Source: Myxococcota bacterium (GTDB taxonomy: Bacteria; Myxococcota_A; Polyangia; Polyangiales; Sandaracinaceae). From it: a stretch of DNA of 41,639 nt. This document shows, in pieces, positions 1 to 12,813 of the stretch. The stretch is from the NCBI GenBank assembly GCA_036149055.1, contig JAYZQJ010000219.1:1-41639 (forward strand). Reading direction: 5' to 3'. Each line of letters opens with the position of its first letter. The stretch's first letter is position 1. The position numbers and the translations under genes are program-made. The notes under the pieces were generated by a model that saw only the letters and a list, made by a program, of their open reading frames with translations, ran no database searches and was not told where the DNA came from.

Positions 1-160
1 GGCTCGCGCTCGCCGGTCGCCTCGTACCTGTTCCTCCTCGCCTCCCTCCTCCCTTCTCCCTGGTCTGCGTCGACTCGCGAGCTGATTCCGTCCCGACCCA
101 CGAGGCCCGCCGTGAGAAGGGGGGCATGAGGGGGGCGGCGCTGCTATAGCTGCGGATCCG

Positions 161-2949
<2,789 letters not shown>

Positions 2950-2950
<1 letters not shown>

Positions 2951-3576
2951 TGGCCGACCGGCTGGATCTGTTGAAGTCGTTCGTGCGCAGCGCCACCAAG
3001 GCGAGCGCCGATCGGCTCCGCGATCTGAAGCCCGTCGCCAACGCGCGGAAGATGCTCGAGGAGCTCAAGGCGCGGCGCGCGACCCTCGACGAGGCGATGA
3101 TCGGCAAGGCCCTCGCCGGCGCGGCGGACGTGCGGGGCGTCAGCGTGCGGCTGCGCGACGGACGCGTCGGCTGCGATCTCACCTACGACGACGGCGCGCA
3201 GGTGGTCTTCTCGGTGATCCCCGAGCGCGCTCGCTTCGCGCCGCGGGGGGCCAAGGAGGTCGTGTTCCGCATCGAGCCCCCCGAGCGGGTGAGCGAGGCG
3301 CGGGTCCGCGACGCGGTCGGCACCCTCGCCGCCGCCATCGCGCGCGCGCTCTGGGGTCCGGTGCTCGGGCCCCGCGAGCCCAACGAGACCGCGCTCGTGG
3401 AGCGGGAGGGCGCCCGCCTCCGCGCCGACCTGCGGAGCGTGCCGGCGGTGCGCGCGGTGCTCGAGGGGAGCCCGCTGGCGATGGCCCTCGACGTGATCGG
3501 CATCGACGGCTTCGAGATCGCCGACCGCGCCTTGCGCTTCCACATCTCCCTCCCGATGCCGCCGGTCGGCGGATAG
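2950..3576 (+). CDS. hypothetical protein
   Basis: ATG overlaps the upstream TGA (TGATG); protein-like composition with GC3 bias. Confidence 0.75.
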
Positions 3577-3612
3577 CGGGCCCTCGGCCCGCTCGCTTGG
3601 TAGGGTCCGGGC

Positions 3613-4290
3613 GTGCGCTGGCTGGTGTTCTCGACGCTGCTGTTCGCGTGTGGAGGCGAGACCCCCGCGCGGGAGAGCCCCGCGATCCGCCCGGCCCAGG
3701 CGGCCGACGCGCTCCGCGTGTCGCCCCCGGAGGAGGGCCAGCCCGAGGAGCCGGAGCCGGAGGCGGCCCCGCCCGACCCGGTCGAGCCGGTCGAGGTCGC
3801 GGCCGAGGCGCCCGACTTCACCGCGCCGCTGCCCGACGCGCCCTGCCCCGACGCGGTGGCGATCGCGCTCGCCCACGCCGACGCGCCCGGGCTGCCCCCG
3901 TCGCTCGATCGGGCGGTCGCGTTCCGCAGCGAGGACGGCCGACGGCTCCGGGTGGTGCTCGGCAACTACCCGCTCGAGCGAGACGAACGCGGCCGCTTCC
4001 GGGCGCCGGCGCCGGGCGAGGCGCGCTTCGAGATGGACGCGCTCCGGACCCGCCGCCGTCCCCTCGAGCCGCGCGTGCTCGGGGCGCCGGGGGCGCGACG
4101 CGGCGCGCTCACCCACGCCCGGATCGTGTGGGATGGGCCCTTCCTGACCTTCGGCCACCGCGAGATCGGGCGGGTCGAGATCACCGCCGTCGAGGCCGAC
4201 CACGTCTGCGGCCGAGTGGAGCTCGACGACGGCTTCGGCCGGGTACGCGGCGCCTTCCGGGCGCCCTTGGCCGGCCCGCTGCCTCCCTGA
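3613..4290 (+). CDS. hypothetical lipoprotein
   Basis: Signal peptide with lipobox LFAC, Pro/Glu-rich linker, beta-rich C-terminus; TAGGGT lies 6 nt before the GTG. Confidence 0.7.
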   Translation: MRWLVFSTLLFACGGETPARESPAIRPAQAADALRVSPPEEGQPEEPEPEAAPPDPVEPVEVAAEAPDFTAPLPDAPCPDAVAIALAHADAPGLPPSLDRAVAFRSEDGRRLRVVLGNYPLERDERGRFRAPAPGEARFEMDALRTRRRPLEPRVLGAPGARRGALTHARIVWDGPFLTFGHREIGRVEITAVEADHVCGRVELDDGFGRVRGAFRAPLAGPLPP

Positions 4291-4393
4291 GCTCGCGTCT
4301 TCGGACAGTCAATTTCATCGGCTGCGCGCGTGGGCTGCGCGGCGCAGCCGGCGAAGTGGCCAGCCGCGTCGGGGCGCGCCAGCGTGGCCCACC

Positions 4394-5815
4394 GTGTCGC
4401 CCTCCGATCCCGACGCGCCCACCGTGCGAGCCGGCGTCGGGCCGGACCAGCCGCGCCATCGGGACGCGGTTGCGCTAGGGTTGGCGCCACGCGTGAAGTC
4501 GTCGCGGACCTACCAGCACGTCCTGCCGCTCGCCGAGGGGGGCATGGGACGGGTCGAGCTCGCGATGCGCTCGGAGTCCGGCTTCGAGCGCCTTTACGCG
4601 GTGAAGCGCCTGCACCCTCAGCTCCGCGCGGACGAGGCCTTCCGCACGATGTTCCTCGACGAGGCGCGGGTGGCCGGGCTGCTGCGGCACTCGAACGTGG
4701 TCAGCGTGCTCGACGTCGGCGAGGACGAGGACGGGCCCTTCCTCGTGATGGACTACGTCGAGGGGCTCACCCTGAGCATGATCCTCAAGTTCCACGCGCG
4801 GACCCGCCAGTACCTGCCGCTCCAGCTCGCCCTGCGCATCGCCGAGCAGATCGCGCTCGGGCTGCACGCCGCCCACGACCTGCGCGACTCGGAGGGGCAC
4901 GCGCTCGAGCTCGTGCACCGGGACGTCTCCCCGCAGAACGTGCTCGTCGGCTTCGACGGCGTCGTGCGCGTGATGGACTTCGGCATCGCCAAGGCGATCG
5001 GGCGCGGCACGCGCACCTCCACCGGGGTGCTCAAAGGCAAGCTGAGCTACATGTCGCCCGAGCAGCTGCGCTTCGAGGAGGCCACCCGCGCGTCCGATCT
5101 GTTCGCGTTCGGGCTGGTGCTCTTCGAGCTCGTCGGCGGGCGGCACCCCTACCCCGGCGAGGGCATGGAGCGGGCGCGCCACATCCTCAACGATCCCCAG
5201 CCGGACCTCGGCGAGCGCCGCCGCGGCTGCCCCCCCGAGCTGGTGCAGCTGGCCTTCGAGCTGCTCGCCCCCGACCCCGTCCACCGCCCCGAGAGCGCGG
5301 GGGAGGTGGCCGAGCGGCTGCGCGCGATCATCACCGACGCGGCCGCGCTCGAGGGCCCGCTGAGCATCGACGAGTACATGCGCCGGGTCCACGGCGGCCA
5401 CCAGCAGGAGCGCCGCGAGGAGATCACCACCGCGGTGCGCGCGATGCGCTCGGCGTTCCGGCGGCGGCGGTTCGCCAGGCGCCGGACCTGGGCGCTGGGG
5501 GCGCTCGTCGCGCTGCTCACGCTCGGGGGCGGCGCGATGGGATTCCGGTGGGCGGAGGCGGCGCTGCGCCCGCCGCGCGCGCTGGCCGCCTCCAAGACCC
5601 ACGTCGCGCCGCCGACCGACACGCCGAGCGCCGCGCCCGAGGAGGTGACGGCCGAGCCGAGCGCGGTCGCGGACGCCGCCGGGGACGCGGGCGCGGCCGC
5701 CGAGCCCGAGGCGCAAGCGGACACACGGCCCGCGACGCCGCGCCCGCGACGCCGCGGCGCCCGACGCACGTCACGGCGGAGCCGTGAGGGAGGCCCCCCG
5801 ATATGGGATTGGTGA
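4394..5815 (+). CDS. Hanks-type Ser/Thr protein kinase with one TM helix
   Basis: AEGGMG, AVK, HRDVSPQN, DFG and GKLSYMSPEQ motifs; TM segment WALGALVALLTLGG; start uncertain (alternative GTG at 4493). Confidence 0.93.
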   Translation: MSPSDPDAPTVRAGVGPDQPRHRDAVALGLAPRVKSSRTYQHVLPLAEGGMGRVELAMRSESGFERLYAVKRLHPQLRADEAFRTMFLDEARVAGLLRHSNVVSVLDVGEDEDGPFLVMDYVEGLTLSMILKFHARTRQYLPLQLALRIAEQIALGLHAAHDLRDSEGHALELVHRDVSPQNVLVGFDGVVRVMDFGIAKAIGRGTRTSTGVLKGKLSYMSPEQLRFEEATRASDLFAFGLVLFELVGGRHPYPGEGMERARHILNDPQPDLGERRRGCPPELVQLAFELLAPDPVHRPESAGEVAERLRAIITDAAALEGPLSIDEYMRRVHGGHQQERREEITTAVRAMRSAFRRRRFARRRTWALGALVALLTLGGGAMGFRWAEAALRPPRALAASKTHVAPPTDTPSAAPEEVTAEPSAVADAAGDAGAAAEPEAQADTRPATPRPRRRGARRTSRRSREGGPPIWDW

Positions 5816-6726
5816 GAGCCCTGCTGATCGCCGCGCTCGTCTGGCTCGCCGCGGCGCCGGGATCCGCCCAGGAGGCCAGCGCCGCGGAGGCGCGCGCGCT
5901 CTTCGAGGGCGCCGTGCAGGCGATCGAGGAGGGCCGCTTCTCGGACGCGGTCACCGCGCTGCGCCGCTCGCTCGCGCTGGAGCCCCGCGCGCCCACCGCC
6001 TTCAACCTGGCGGTCGCGCTCCGCGGCGTGGGCGAGGCCCGCGAGTCCCGCGCCCTCTTCGACCGGCTGCTCGCCGGAGAGTTCGGCCCCCTGCCCGACG
6101 CGCGCCGGGCGCAGGTGCAGCCGCTCCGGGACGAGGTCGCGGCCGAGGTGGCGCAGCTCCAGGTCACGGTGGAGGGCCCGGACGCGCCCACCCTCACCGT
6201 GGACGGCGCCGAGGTCGCGCCGAGCGAGCCGCGCGCCTTCGCCCTCGAGCTCGACCCCGGCGAGCACGTGGTGCGCGCCACCGCCGTCGACTGGGAGCCG
6301 GCGCAGCGTGAGCTCGAGCTCTCGCCCGGCGAGTCGCGCGCGCTGTCGATCACGCTCCGCCCCGCGGTCGACGACCGAGAGGGCGTCCTCGTCCTCGACT
6401 GCGACGAGGACGACGCGGTCGCCGAGATCGTCGACGTCGGCTCCGGGCCGCCGCCGCTCCAGCGCTCGCTCGCGCCGGGCACCTACGCGGTGCGCTGCCA
6501 CGCGGGCGATCGCAGCCGGGAGAGCACGGTCGACGTGCCCGCCGGCCGACGGGTCCGCCTGGCGCTCGACGTCCCCTCGCCCAGCCTCGCGGAGAGCCCG
6601 TGGCTCTGGGTCGGCGTCGGGGCGGGCGTCGCCGCGGCCGCCGGCGTGCTCATCTGGGCGCTGACCCAGCTCGAGGCCCCGCCGATCACCCACCCGCACT
6701 GGGGCAACATCCCGATCGTCGAGTGA
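5803..6726 (+). CDS. exported TPR + PEGA-like domain protein
   Basis: Signal peptide; TPR-like ARALFEGAVQAIEEGRFSDA...FNLAVAL; PEGA-like LTVDG...LDPGEHVVRA; C-terminal PWLWVGVG membrane segment. Confidence 0.8.
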   Translation: MGLVRALLIAALVWLAAAPGSAQEASAAEARALFEGAVQAIEEGRFSDAVTALRRSLALEPRAPTAFNLAVALRGVGEARESRALFDRLLAGEFGPLPDARRAQVQPLRDEVAAEVAQLQVTVEGPDAPTLTVDGAEVAPSEPRAFALELDPGEHVVRATAVDWEPAQRELELSPGESRALSITLRPAVDDREGVLVLDCDEDDAVAEIVDVGSGPPPLQRSLAPGTYAVRCHAGDRSRESTVDVPAGRRVRLALDVPSPSLAESPWLWVGVGAGVAAAAGVLIWALTQLEAPPITHPHWGNIPIVE

Positions 6727-6778
6727 CGGCTCCGCGCGGAGTCCTGTAGAGTCGGAGGGTCGAGGCACCCGGCTCGCG

Positions 6779-8314
6779 ATGACCTCCCAGACCTTCGAAG
6801 CGGACGCGCTGTCGGCGCTCCGGCTCGCCGAGCGCGGAGACTTCGCCGTCGCGCGCCGCCTCAGCCAGGTGGAGGGCGCGCCGCCGACCTGGGTCGCCGG
6901 GCTGCGCGCGCAGGCGCGGCTCGCCGGCCTCGACCTCGGCCCCACCCCCGACGCGATCGATCTCCAGGGCACGGCGGGCAGCTTCGCGGCCGCTCAGCTC
7001 GACCGCCTCGCGCTCCTGTCGCTGCGCCCCGGCGGCCTGGCGGCGCGCGCCCACGGCTCGTCGACCGACGACGTCGACGCGGCGAGAGAGCTCGTGGTGC
7101 TGCTCGGGCGGCTGTTCGGCGGCGACACGGCGGGCGTCGTCGAGGCGGCCCAGGCGCTCGGGGCCCGCGCGGCCCGGGACCGGCTCGCGGCGGTGGTCGT
7201 GGAGTCGAAGGCGGTGGAGGCGCTCGCGCTGCTGGAGACCGACCTCGCCCAGAGCCTTCGGGCCGCGCGCCAGGCGAGCCGGATGGCGCAGGCGGAGGGG
7301 CTGCCGCAGCCGCAGTACTTCGCCAACCTCGTGCTCGCGCGGGCCCGCCGCCGCACCGGGCACCCGCACCTCGCGCTCCGCATCCTCGGCGCGCTCGCGC
7401 AGGTGACCCCGCCCGCCTGGTCCGAGTGGCTCGGCTGGGAGCTCCTCTTCGCGGGATCGCCGGAGCCCGTGGACACCGAGGCCACCCGAGCGGTGACGCG
7501 GCTGCTGCAGGCGGCCCGCGCGGGAGACCGAGCCGCGGCGGACGACGCGAGCGCGACCCTCCGGGCGCGGTTCTCGGCGCCCTCTCCCTTCGGCCGCGAC
7601 GTCGCGCGCCTCCTCGAGGCGCTGGCGCCCGGCCGCGACGGTGTCAGCTCGCCGGGCGACGCCGAGACCGCCGCCTGGACCCGCGGGGAGGTCGAAGAGC
7701 TGCCCGCCGGGCTCGGCGCGCTCGCGGGCGCCGCCGGGCCTCGCGCCTGGGTCGCGCGCGCGCCGGGCGCCCCCGCGCTCCGGCTGCTCGGCCCCGGGCG
7801 CGCGCTCTGGGAGGCGAGCGTCGGCGCGGCCGTCTGCCTCTGCTCCGAGGAGCGCGCCGCCGGCCGGACCGGCGCGGTGCTCGCCAGCCTGCTCTTCGCG
7901 GGCGACGCGGGGCTGCCGGAGCCCGAGCTCTTCGAGCGCGTCTACGGCTTCCCCTACGTCCGGGAGCTGCACGCGCGGGTGCTCGGGGTGCTGCTCCACC
8001 GCGTCCGCAAGGAGGTCGACGGCGTCGAGATCGACCGACAAGACGGCGTGCTGCGACTGAGCCACCGCGGGCCGGTCTGTCTGCCCGATCCGGACGCGAG
8101 CCTCCAGCTCGAGGAGCGCCTCCTCCGATGGGTCGCCAGCGAGGGACGTCAGGACGCGCGAGGCATCGCGCGCGAGCTCGGGGTCCCGCTCCGCAGCGCC
8201 CAGGCCGCGCTCCAGGCGCTCGTCGAGGAGGGCGCGCTCGTCCGGGAGCGCGACGGGCGCAGCTTCAGTTACCGGGTCGAGGACACGACGTTCCAGGAGC
8301 CGACCCGCAGCTGA
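6779..8314 (+). CDS. putative transcriptional regulator with helical N-terminus and C-terminal winged-helix/HTH domains
   Basis: ELFERVYG...LGVLLHRVRK resembles an OmpR-type wHTH; ARGIARELGVPLRSAQAALQALVEEGALVRERDGRSFSY resembles an ArsR/DeoR-like wHTH. Confidence 0.65.
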   Translation: MTSQTFEADALSALRLAERGDFAVARRLSQVEGAPPTWVAGLRAQARLAGLDLGPTPDAIDLQGTAGSFAAAQLDRLALLSLRPGGLAARAHGSSTDDVDAARELVVLLGRLFGGDTAGVVEAAQALGARAARDRLAAVVVESKAVEALALLETDLAQSLRAARQASRMAQAEGLPQPQYFANLVLARARRRTGHPHLALRILGALAQVTPPAWSEWLGWELLFAGSPEPVDTEATRAVTRLLQAARAGDRAAADDASATLRARFSAPSPFGRDVARLLEALAPGRDGVSSPGDAETAAWTRGEVEELPAGLGALAGAAGPRAWVARAPGAPALRLLGPGRALWEASVGAAVCLCSEERAAGRTGAVLASLLFAGDAGLPEPELFERVYGFPYVRELHARVLGVLLHRVRKEVDGVEIDRQDGVLRLSHRGPVCLPDPDASLQLEERLLRWVASEGRQDARGIARELGVPLRSAQAALQALVEEGALVRERDGRSFSYRVEDTTFQEPTRS

Positions 8315-8343
8315 CCGCCGAACCGCAACGACGGTGACGGTGT

Positions 8344-9639
8344 GTGCGCACGATGGGCACGCTCCCGCGGCCTCCCGCCGGCGAACCGCCCGGGTTGGGG
8401 CGCTGGTACGAAGGGTGCCTCTCGCACCGGGCAGTGTTCTTCGCGGTGGAGGGGGGCCGCCTGACGGCGCTCGCGCTCGCGGCCCTGCTGGCGGCGTGCC
8501 CGGGCTGCTTCGTGCACCACGAGCGCGGCGCTCCCCGGGATCGCGCTCCGCCTCCGGGGCGCGATCCCATGGACGCCGGCCCGCGCGACGTCCCGGGCGA
8601 TCGGAGCGACGCCGACGCCCGCCCTCGATCCCCCGAGCTCGACGGGGGCCGCGGCGACGCCGGCCCGCCGCGGCCGCTCGCGTGCGACGCGGCCCAGGGC
8701 GTGGACCTGCTGATCGTGCTCGACGACTCCGGCTCGCTGCGCCCCGCCGACGACGCGGTCCGGGATCGACTGCAGCGCATGCTGCGCGAGCTCGTGCGCC
8801 CGCTCGACCTCGACGGGGACGGCTGGGAGGACTGGCCGCGGGTGACCGACCTGCAGGTCGGCGTGGTGACGACCAGCGCGACCGGACCGCGCTTCTGCGC
8901 GCACGCCGCCGACGGCGCGCTCATGCGAGGCGCGCCGGCCGACCTCCCCTTCTGCCGCGACGCGCCCTACCCACCCATCACGCGGTACGTCGAGGGCGGC
9001 AGCGTGGAGCGCCTCCTCCAGGACGTGGCCTGCGTCGGCTTCGGCGCGCGGGACGGCTGCCAGGTCGAGCAGCCGCTCGAGGCGATGGCCAAGGCGCTGC
9101 TCCCGACGCGCTCGCCCTTCACCTTCGCCTCCGGGCGCGCCCGCGGGGACCGCGAGAACGCCGGCTTCCTGCGCCCCGACTCGGTGCTCGTGGTCCTGGT
9201 GCTCGCCAACGAGGACGACTGCTCCGTCTACGATCCGAGCGCCTTCGATCCGCCCGACGGTGGCCTCGTCGACGCGGGGCCGGTGCTCCCGCCCTTCTTC
9301 GACGCCGGCCCCCCGGGCTCGGTGTTCGCGTGCGAGCTCCGCGGGGAGGCGCTGCACACGACGGATCGCTACGTCGAGGTGCTCCGCTGGCTCCGCCCCG
9401 ACCCGGAGCGGCTCGTCGTCGGGGTGATCGCCGGCATCCGCGAGGCCGTCGTGATCGCGCCTCGCCCCGGCGAGTTCTACGGCACCTGCCGCCGCGCGCA
9501 CGGCTACCCGCTGCGGCTCGTGCAGCTCGCGCAGTCTCTCGAGGACCGCGCGGTCCTCGGCAGCATCTGCGGCATCGGGGAGATGCGCGTGGTCCGCGCG
9601 ATGGCCGAGCGGATCGCCGACGCCGCCTGCCTGGACTGA
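8344..9639 (+). CDS. myxobacterial vWA-like lipoprotein
   Basis: MIDAS-like VDLLIVLDDSGS; EQPLEAM and NAGFLRPDS...NEDDCS motifs; lipobox-like LAAC/PGC; true start may be downstream. Confidence 0.75.
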   Translation: MRTMGTLPRPPAGEPPGLGRWYEGCLSHRAVFFAVEGGRLTALALAALLAACPGCFVHHERGAPRDRAPPPGRDPMDAGPRDVPGDRSDADARPRSPELDGGRGDAGPPRPLACDAAQGVDLLIVLDDSGSLRPADDAVRDRLQRMLRELVRPLDLDGDGWEDWPRVTDLQVGVVTTSATGPRFCAHAADGALMRGAPADLPFCRDAPYPPITRYVEGGSVERLLQDVACVGFGARDGCQVEQPLEAMAKALLPTRSPFTFASGRARGDRENAGFLRPDSVLVVLVLANEDDCSVYDPSAFDPPDGGLVDAGPVLPPFFDAGPPGSVFACELRGEALHTTDRYVEVLRWLRPDPERLVVGVIAGIREAVVIAPRPGEFYGTCRRAHGYPLRLVQLAQSLEDRAVLGSICGIGEMRVVRAMAERIADAACLD

Positions 9640-9646
9640 AGGCGCG

Positions 9647-11188
9647 TCACTCGGAGAGCGCGCGGGCGACCGTGTTGCGGCTGACCGCGAGGCGCCGGGC
9701 GGCCTCGCTCTTGTTGCCCTCGACGTCGTCGACGGTGGCCCGGATGTAGGCGTCGCGCGCCTCGTTCGCGGTGAGGCCGTGGGGGATCACCACGCCGCGC
9801 GCGCCCCCGGACGACGTGGCGGGCGAGCTCGCGCCCGGCGGGCGCTCGGGGAACGCCGACGCCCGCACGACTCCGTCGGGGGCGAGCACGATCGCGCTCT
9901 CGATCCAGTGCTCGAGCTCCCGCACGTTGCCCGGCCAGCCGTGGGTGAGCAGCGCCTCGAGCGCGGCCTCCCCGAAGCGCGGCTCCGGCCGCCCGTAGCG
10001 CGCGGCGTAGAGGTCGGCGAAGTGACGGGCGAGCCGCTCGATCTCGCCCCGGCCGCGGGCCGCGAGGCTGGGCACGTCCACCTGCACCACGCGCACCCGG
10101 TAGTACAGATCGCGCCGGAAGCGCCCCTCCTCCACCAGCCGCTCGAGATCGTGGTGGGTCGCGCAGAGCACCCGGCAGTCGCTCGACAGCTCCTCGCGCC
10201 CGCCCACCCGCTCGAAGGCGCGATCCTGCAGGAAGCGCAGCAGCTTGCCCTGCGCCTCGGGCGGCAGATCGCCGATCTCGTCGAGGAAGAGCGTGCCTCC
10301 GTCGGCCCGCTCGACCCGCCCGGCCACCCGCCGCTCGGCGCCGGTGAACGCGCCCCGCTCGTGCCCGAAGAGCTCGCTCTCGACCAGCTCGCGCGGCAGC
10401 GTCGTGCAGTCGACGGTGACGAAGGGGCCCTCGCTCCGCGGCGAGTTGACGTGGATCGCGCGGGCCAGGAGCGTCTTGCCGGTGCCCGTCTCCCCGCGCA
10501 GCAGCACCGTCGCGTCGGTGCCGGCCGCGAGCAGGACCCGCTCGTAGACCGCGTCCATCGCCGGGCCGCGGCCGACGATCCGGTTGAACGGCCCCCGGAG
10601 CGAGAGCCCCGGCCCGCTCGCGTCGTCGGCCCGCAGGGTGGTGAGCGCGAGCGCCCGGCCGAGCTGCATGCCGAAGGCGACGAGGTAGCGCTCGTCCTCG
10701 GCGTCGAAGGGGCCGTCGGCGCGGTTGAGGACCTGCACGACGCCGCGGACCGGCGCGCCCTGAGCCTCGCGGATCGGCACCGCGAGGATGCTGCGGGTCT
10801 GGAAGCCAGTGCGCTCGTCGGCGCTCGGATCGAAGCGCGCGTCCGCCGCCGCGTCGTCGATGCGCAGCACCTCGCCGCCCGCGGCCACGTGCCCGACCAC
10901 CCCGCGGCCCAGCGGCTGCCTCAGCTGCTCGACCTCCGGGAGCACCGCGACGCGGGTCACCAGGTCGCCGCGGTCGGCGTCGATGAGCCACACGCTCGCG
11001 CGCTCGGCCCGCAGCGCCACCGCGAGGGTGTCGGCCACCTCGCGCAGCAGCTGATCCAGGTCGACCTCGCGCGCGAGCACGGAGGCGAGGTCGACGAGGA
11101 GCGAGAGGCGGGTCATCGGCTCGCGAGCATACGGAACCGGCCCGTCGACCGCGAGCGTGGCCGGCTCCAACGGGGCGGACGCGGTCAC
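9647..11188 (-). CDS. GAF-domain sigma-54 enhancer-binding protein (AAA+, Fis HTH)
   Basis: GETGTGKT, ESELFGHERGAFTGA, LFLDEIG, WPGNVREL and C-terminal GNKSEAARRL; N-terminal GAF domain; GTG overlaps the upstream stop (alternative ATG at 11116). Confidence 0.93.
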   Translation of the reverse strand: MTASAPLEPATLAVDGPVPYAREPMTRLSLLVDLASVLAREVDLDQLLREVADTLAVALRAERASVWLIDADRGDLVTRVAVLPEVEQLRQPLGRGVVGHVAAGGEVLRIDDAAADARFDPSADERTGFQTRSILAVPIREAQGAPVRGVVQVLNRADGPFDAEDERYLVAFGMQLGRALALTTLRADDASGPGLSLRGPFNRIVGRGPAMDAVYERVLLAAGTDATVLLRGETGTGKTLLARAIHVNSPRSEGPFVTVDCTTLPRELVESELFGHERGAFTGAERRVAGRVERADGGTLFLDEIGDLPPEAQGKLLRFLQDRAFERVGGREELSSDCRVLCATHHDLERLVEEGRFRRDLYYRVRVVQVDVPSLAARGRGEIERLARHFADLYAARYGRPEPRFGEAALEALLTHGWPGNVRELEHWIESAIVLAPDGVVRASAFPERPPGASSPATSSGGARGVVIPHGLTANEARDAYIRATVDDVEGNKSEAARRLAVSRNTVARALSE

Positions 11189-12021
11189 GCGGCGCGGCGC
11201 CCCTCGCCCCCGGCCCTCAGCACCAGCTCCGCCCCCTCGCGCGCCGCCACCGTGCCCGGCCGCCGCGTCGCCGCCTCGCGCTCGAGGGCGTCGATGGCGT
11301 CGTCGCTCCGCTGCGGGTCGTGGTGGAAGAGGACCAGCCGCCCCACGTTCGCCGCGTCGGCGACCGCGACCCCGGCCTCCCAGGTGGAGTGCCCCCAGCC
11401 GACCTTGCTCGGCCCGACCCGCCCCGCGTACTCGGCCTCGGTGTACATCGCGTCGTAGATCAGGACGTCGGCGTCCTTCGCGAGCGCCACCAGGTGCGGG
11501 TCGGGGCAGCTGTAGTGCTCGGTGTCGGTGGCGTAGACCACGCTCGTGCCCGCGTGCTCGATGCGGTAGCCGAGCACCCCGCCCGGGTGGTTGAGCTTGG
11601 CCGCGCGCACCGTCACGTCGCCGAGCCGGAGCGCGTCGATCTCGCAGAACTCGAGGGCCGCGCTCATGTCGCTCAGCCGCACCGGGAAACACGGCGGCTG
11701 CATCTGCGCGTCGAGCGCCTCCCGCAGCCCCGGCATGCCCGCGAAGGTGAGCCGATGGCCGCCGAGCCAGGCGGGCAGGAAGAACGGCAGCCCCTGGATG
11801 TGATCCCAGTGCAGATGCGAGAGCAGCACCGTCGCCTCGGTGCGCCCCTCCGCGAGCATGCGCTCCCCGAGCGGCCGCAGCCCCGTGCCCGCGTCGAGCA
11901 CGATCGTGCGCTCGCCGCAGCGCACCTCCACGCACGGGGTGTTCCCGCCGGTCCGCACCGTGTGCGCGCCCGGCGACGCGATGCTGCCTCGTACGCCCCA
12001 GAACCGAATCGTCGTCTCCAT
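11185..12021 (-). CDS. MBL-fold metallo-hydrolase (PhnP/ElaC-like, possible phosphodiesterase)
   Basis: RFWGVRGS, GGNTPC, DAGTG, SHLHWDHIQG, TDTEH, WGHS and FHHDP motifs; AGGAGG RBS. Confidence 0.9.
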   Translation of the reverse strand: METTIRFWGVRGSIASPGAHTVRTGGNTPCVEVRCGERTIVLDAGTGLRPLGERMLAEGRTEATVLLSHLHWDHIQGLPFFLPAWLGGHRLTFAGMPGLREALDAQMQPPCFPVRLSDMSAALEFCEIDALRLGDVTVRAAKLNHPGGVLGYRIEHAGTSVVYATDTEHYSCPDPHLVALAKDADVLIYDAMYTEAEYAGRVGPSKVGWGHSTWEAGVAVADAANVGRLVLFHHDPQRSDDAIDALEREAATRRPGTVAAREGAELVLRAGGEGRRAA

Positions 12022-12061
12022 CTCGCTCCTCCTCGCGGCCTCGCGCCGCACGAGGAGACAG

Positions 12062-12078
12062 AGCAGGAGTCGTTCCAA
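12062..12078 (-). promoter_or_regulatory. sigma-54 (-24/-12) promoter of the MBL-EBP operon
   Basis: Minus strand reads TTGGAACGACTCCTGCT (GG-N10-GC), about 40 nt upstream of the ATG at 12021. Confidence 0.6.
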
Positions 12079-12142
12079 CGCCCGCGCGCGCCTCCCGAGG
12101 GGGACACGCGCCTGGCGTCGCTCCGAGAGGGAGCAGGCGTGC

Positions 12143-12745
12143 TCAGGCGCGGAGCAGGCCGCGGGCCTCGAGCGCCTCGACCACCCGCGCCGCGCACGCG
12201 TCGAGATCGTCCTGGCTGGTGTCGACCTCGAGCTCCGGCGAGGCCGGCGCCTCGTAGGGCGCGCTGATCCCGGTGAAGTCCGCGATCTCGCCCTTGCGCG
12301 CCCGCGCGTAGAGCCCCTTCGGATCGCGTCGCTCGCAGACCTCGAGCGGGGTCGAGACCCAGACCTCGACGAAGCGGCCGTCCTCGAAGAGCGCCCGCAC
12401 CCCGTCCCGGTCGGCGCGGTAGGGGCTGATGAAGGCGCTGAGCACGATGACGCCGGCGTCGACCATCAGCCGGGCGACCTCGCCGACGCGCCGCACGTTC
12501 TCCTTGCGCGCCTCGGGGCCGAAGCCGAGGTCGGCGTTGAGCCCGTGCCGCAGGTTGTCTCCGTCGAGCACGTAGGCGAGAGCCCCGCGCTCGACGAGGC
12601 GCTTCTCGACCCGACGCGCGAGGGTGCTCTTGCCCGAGCCGCTGAGGCCGGTGAGCCACACGCAGGCCGCGCGGTGACCGAGCGCGCGCTCGCGCTCCTC
12701 CCGGGAGACCTCTCCGTGATGCCAGGTGATGTTGGTGGCGCCCAT
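12143..12745 (-). CDS. cysC: adenylyl-sulfate kinase
   Basis: [43 protein letters not shown] and FTGISAPYE motifs. Confidence 0.96.
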   Translation of the reverse strand: MGATNITWHHGEVSREERERALGHRAACVWLTGLSGSGKSTLARRVEKRLVERGALAYVLDGDNLRHGLNADLGFGPEARKENVRRVGEVARLMVDAGVIVLSAFISPYRADRDGVRALFEDGRFVEVWVSTPLEVCERRDPKGLYARARKGEIADFTGISAPYEAPASPELEVDTSQDDLDACAARVVEALEARGLLRA

Positions 12746-12813
12746 CGGCGGGACCGTGCCACCGGCCGGTTTGGGGCTCAAGGCGACGCGCCCGCCGCCC
12801 GTTGAGGAGGGAG

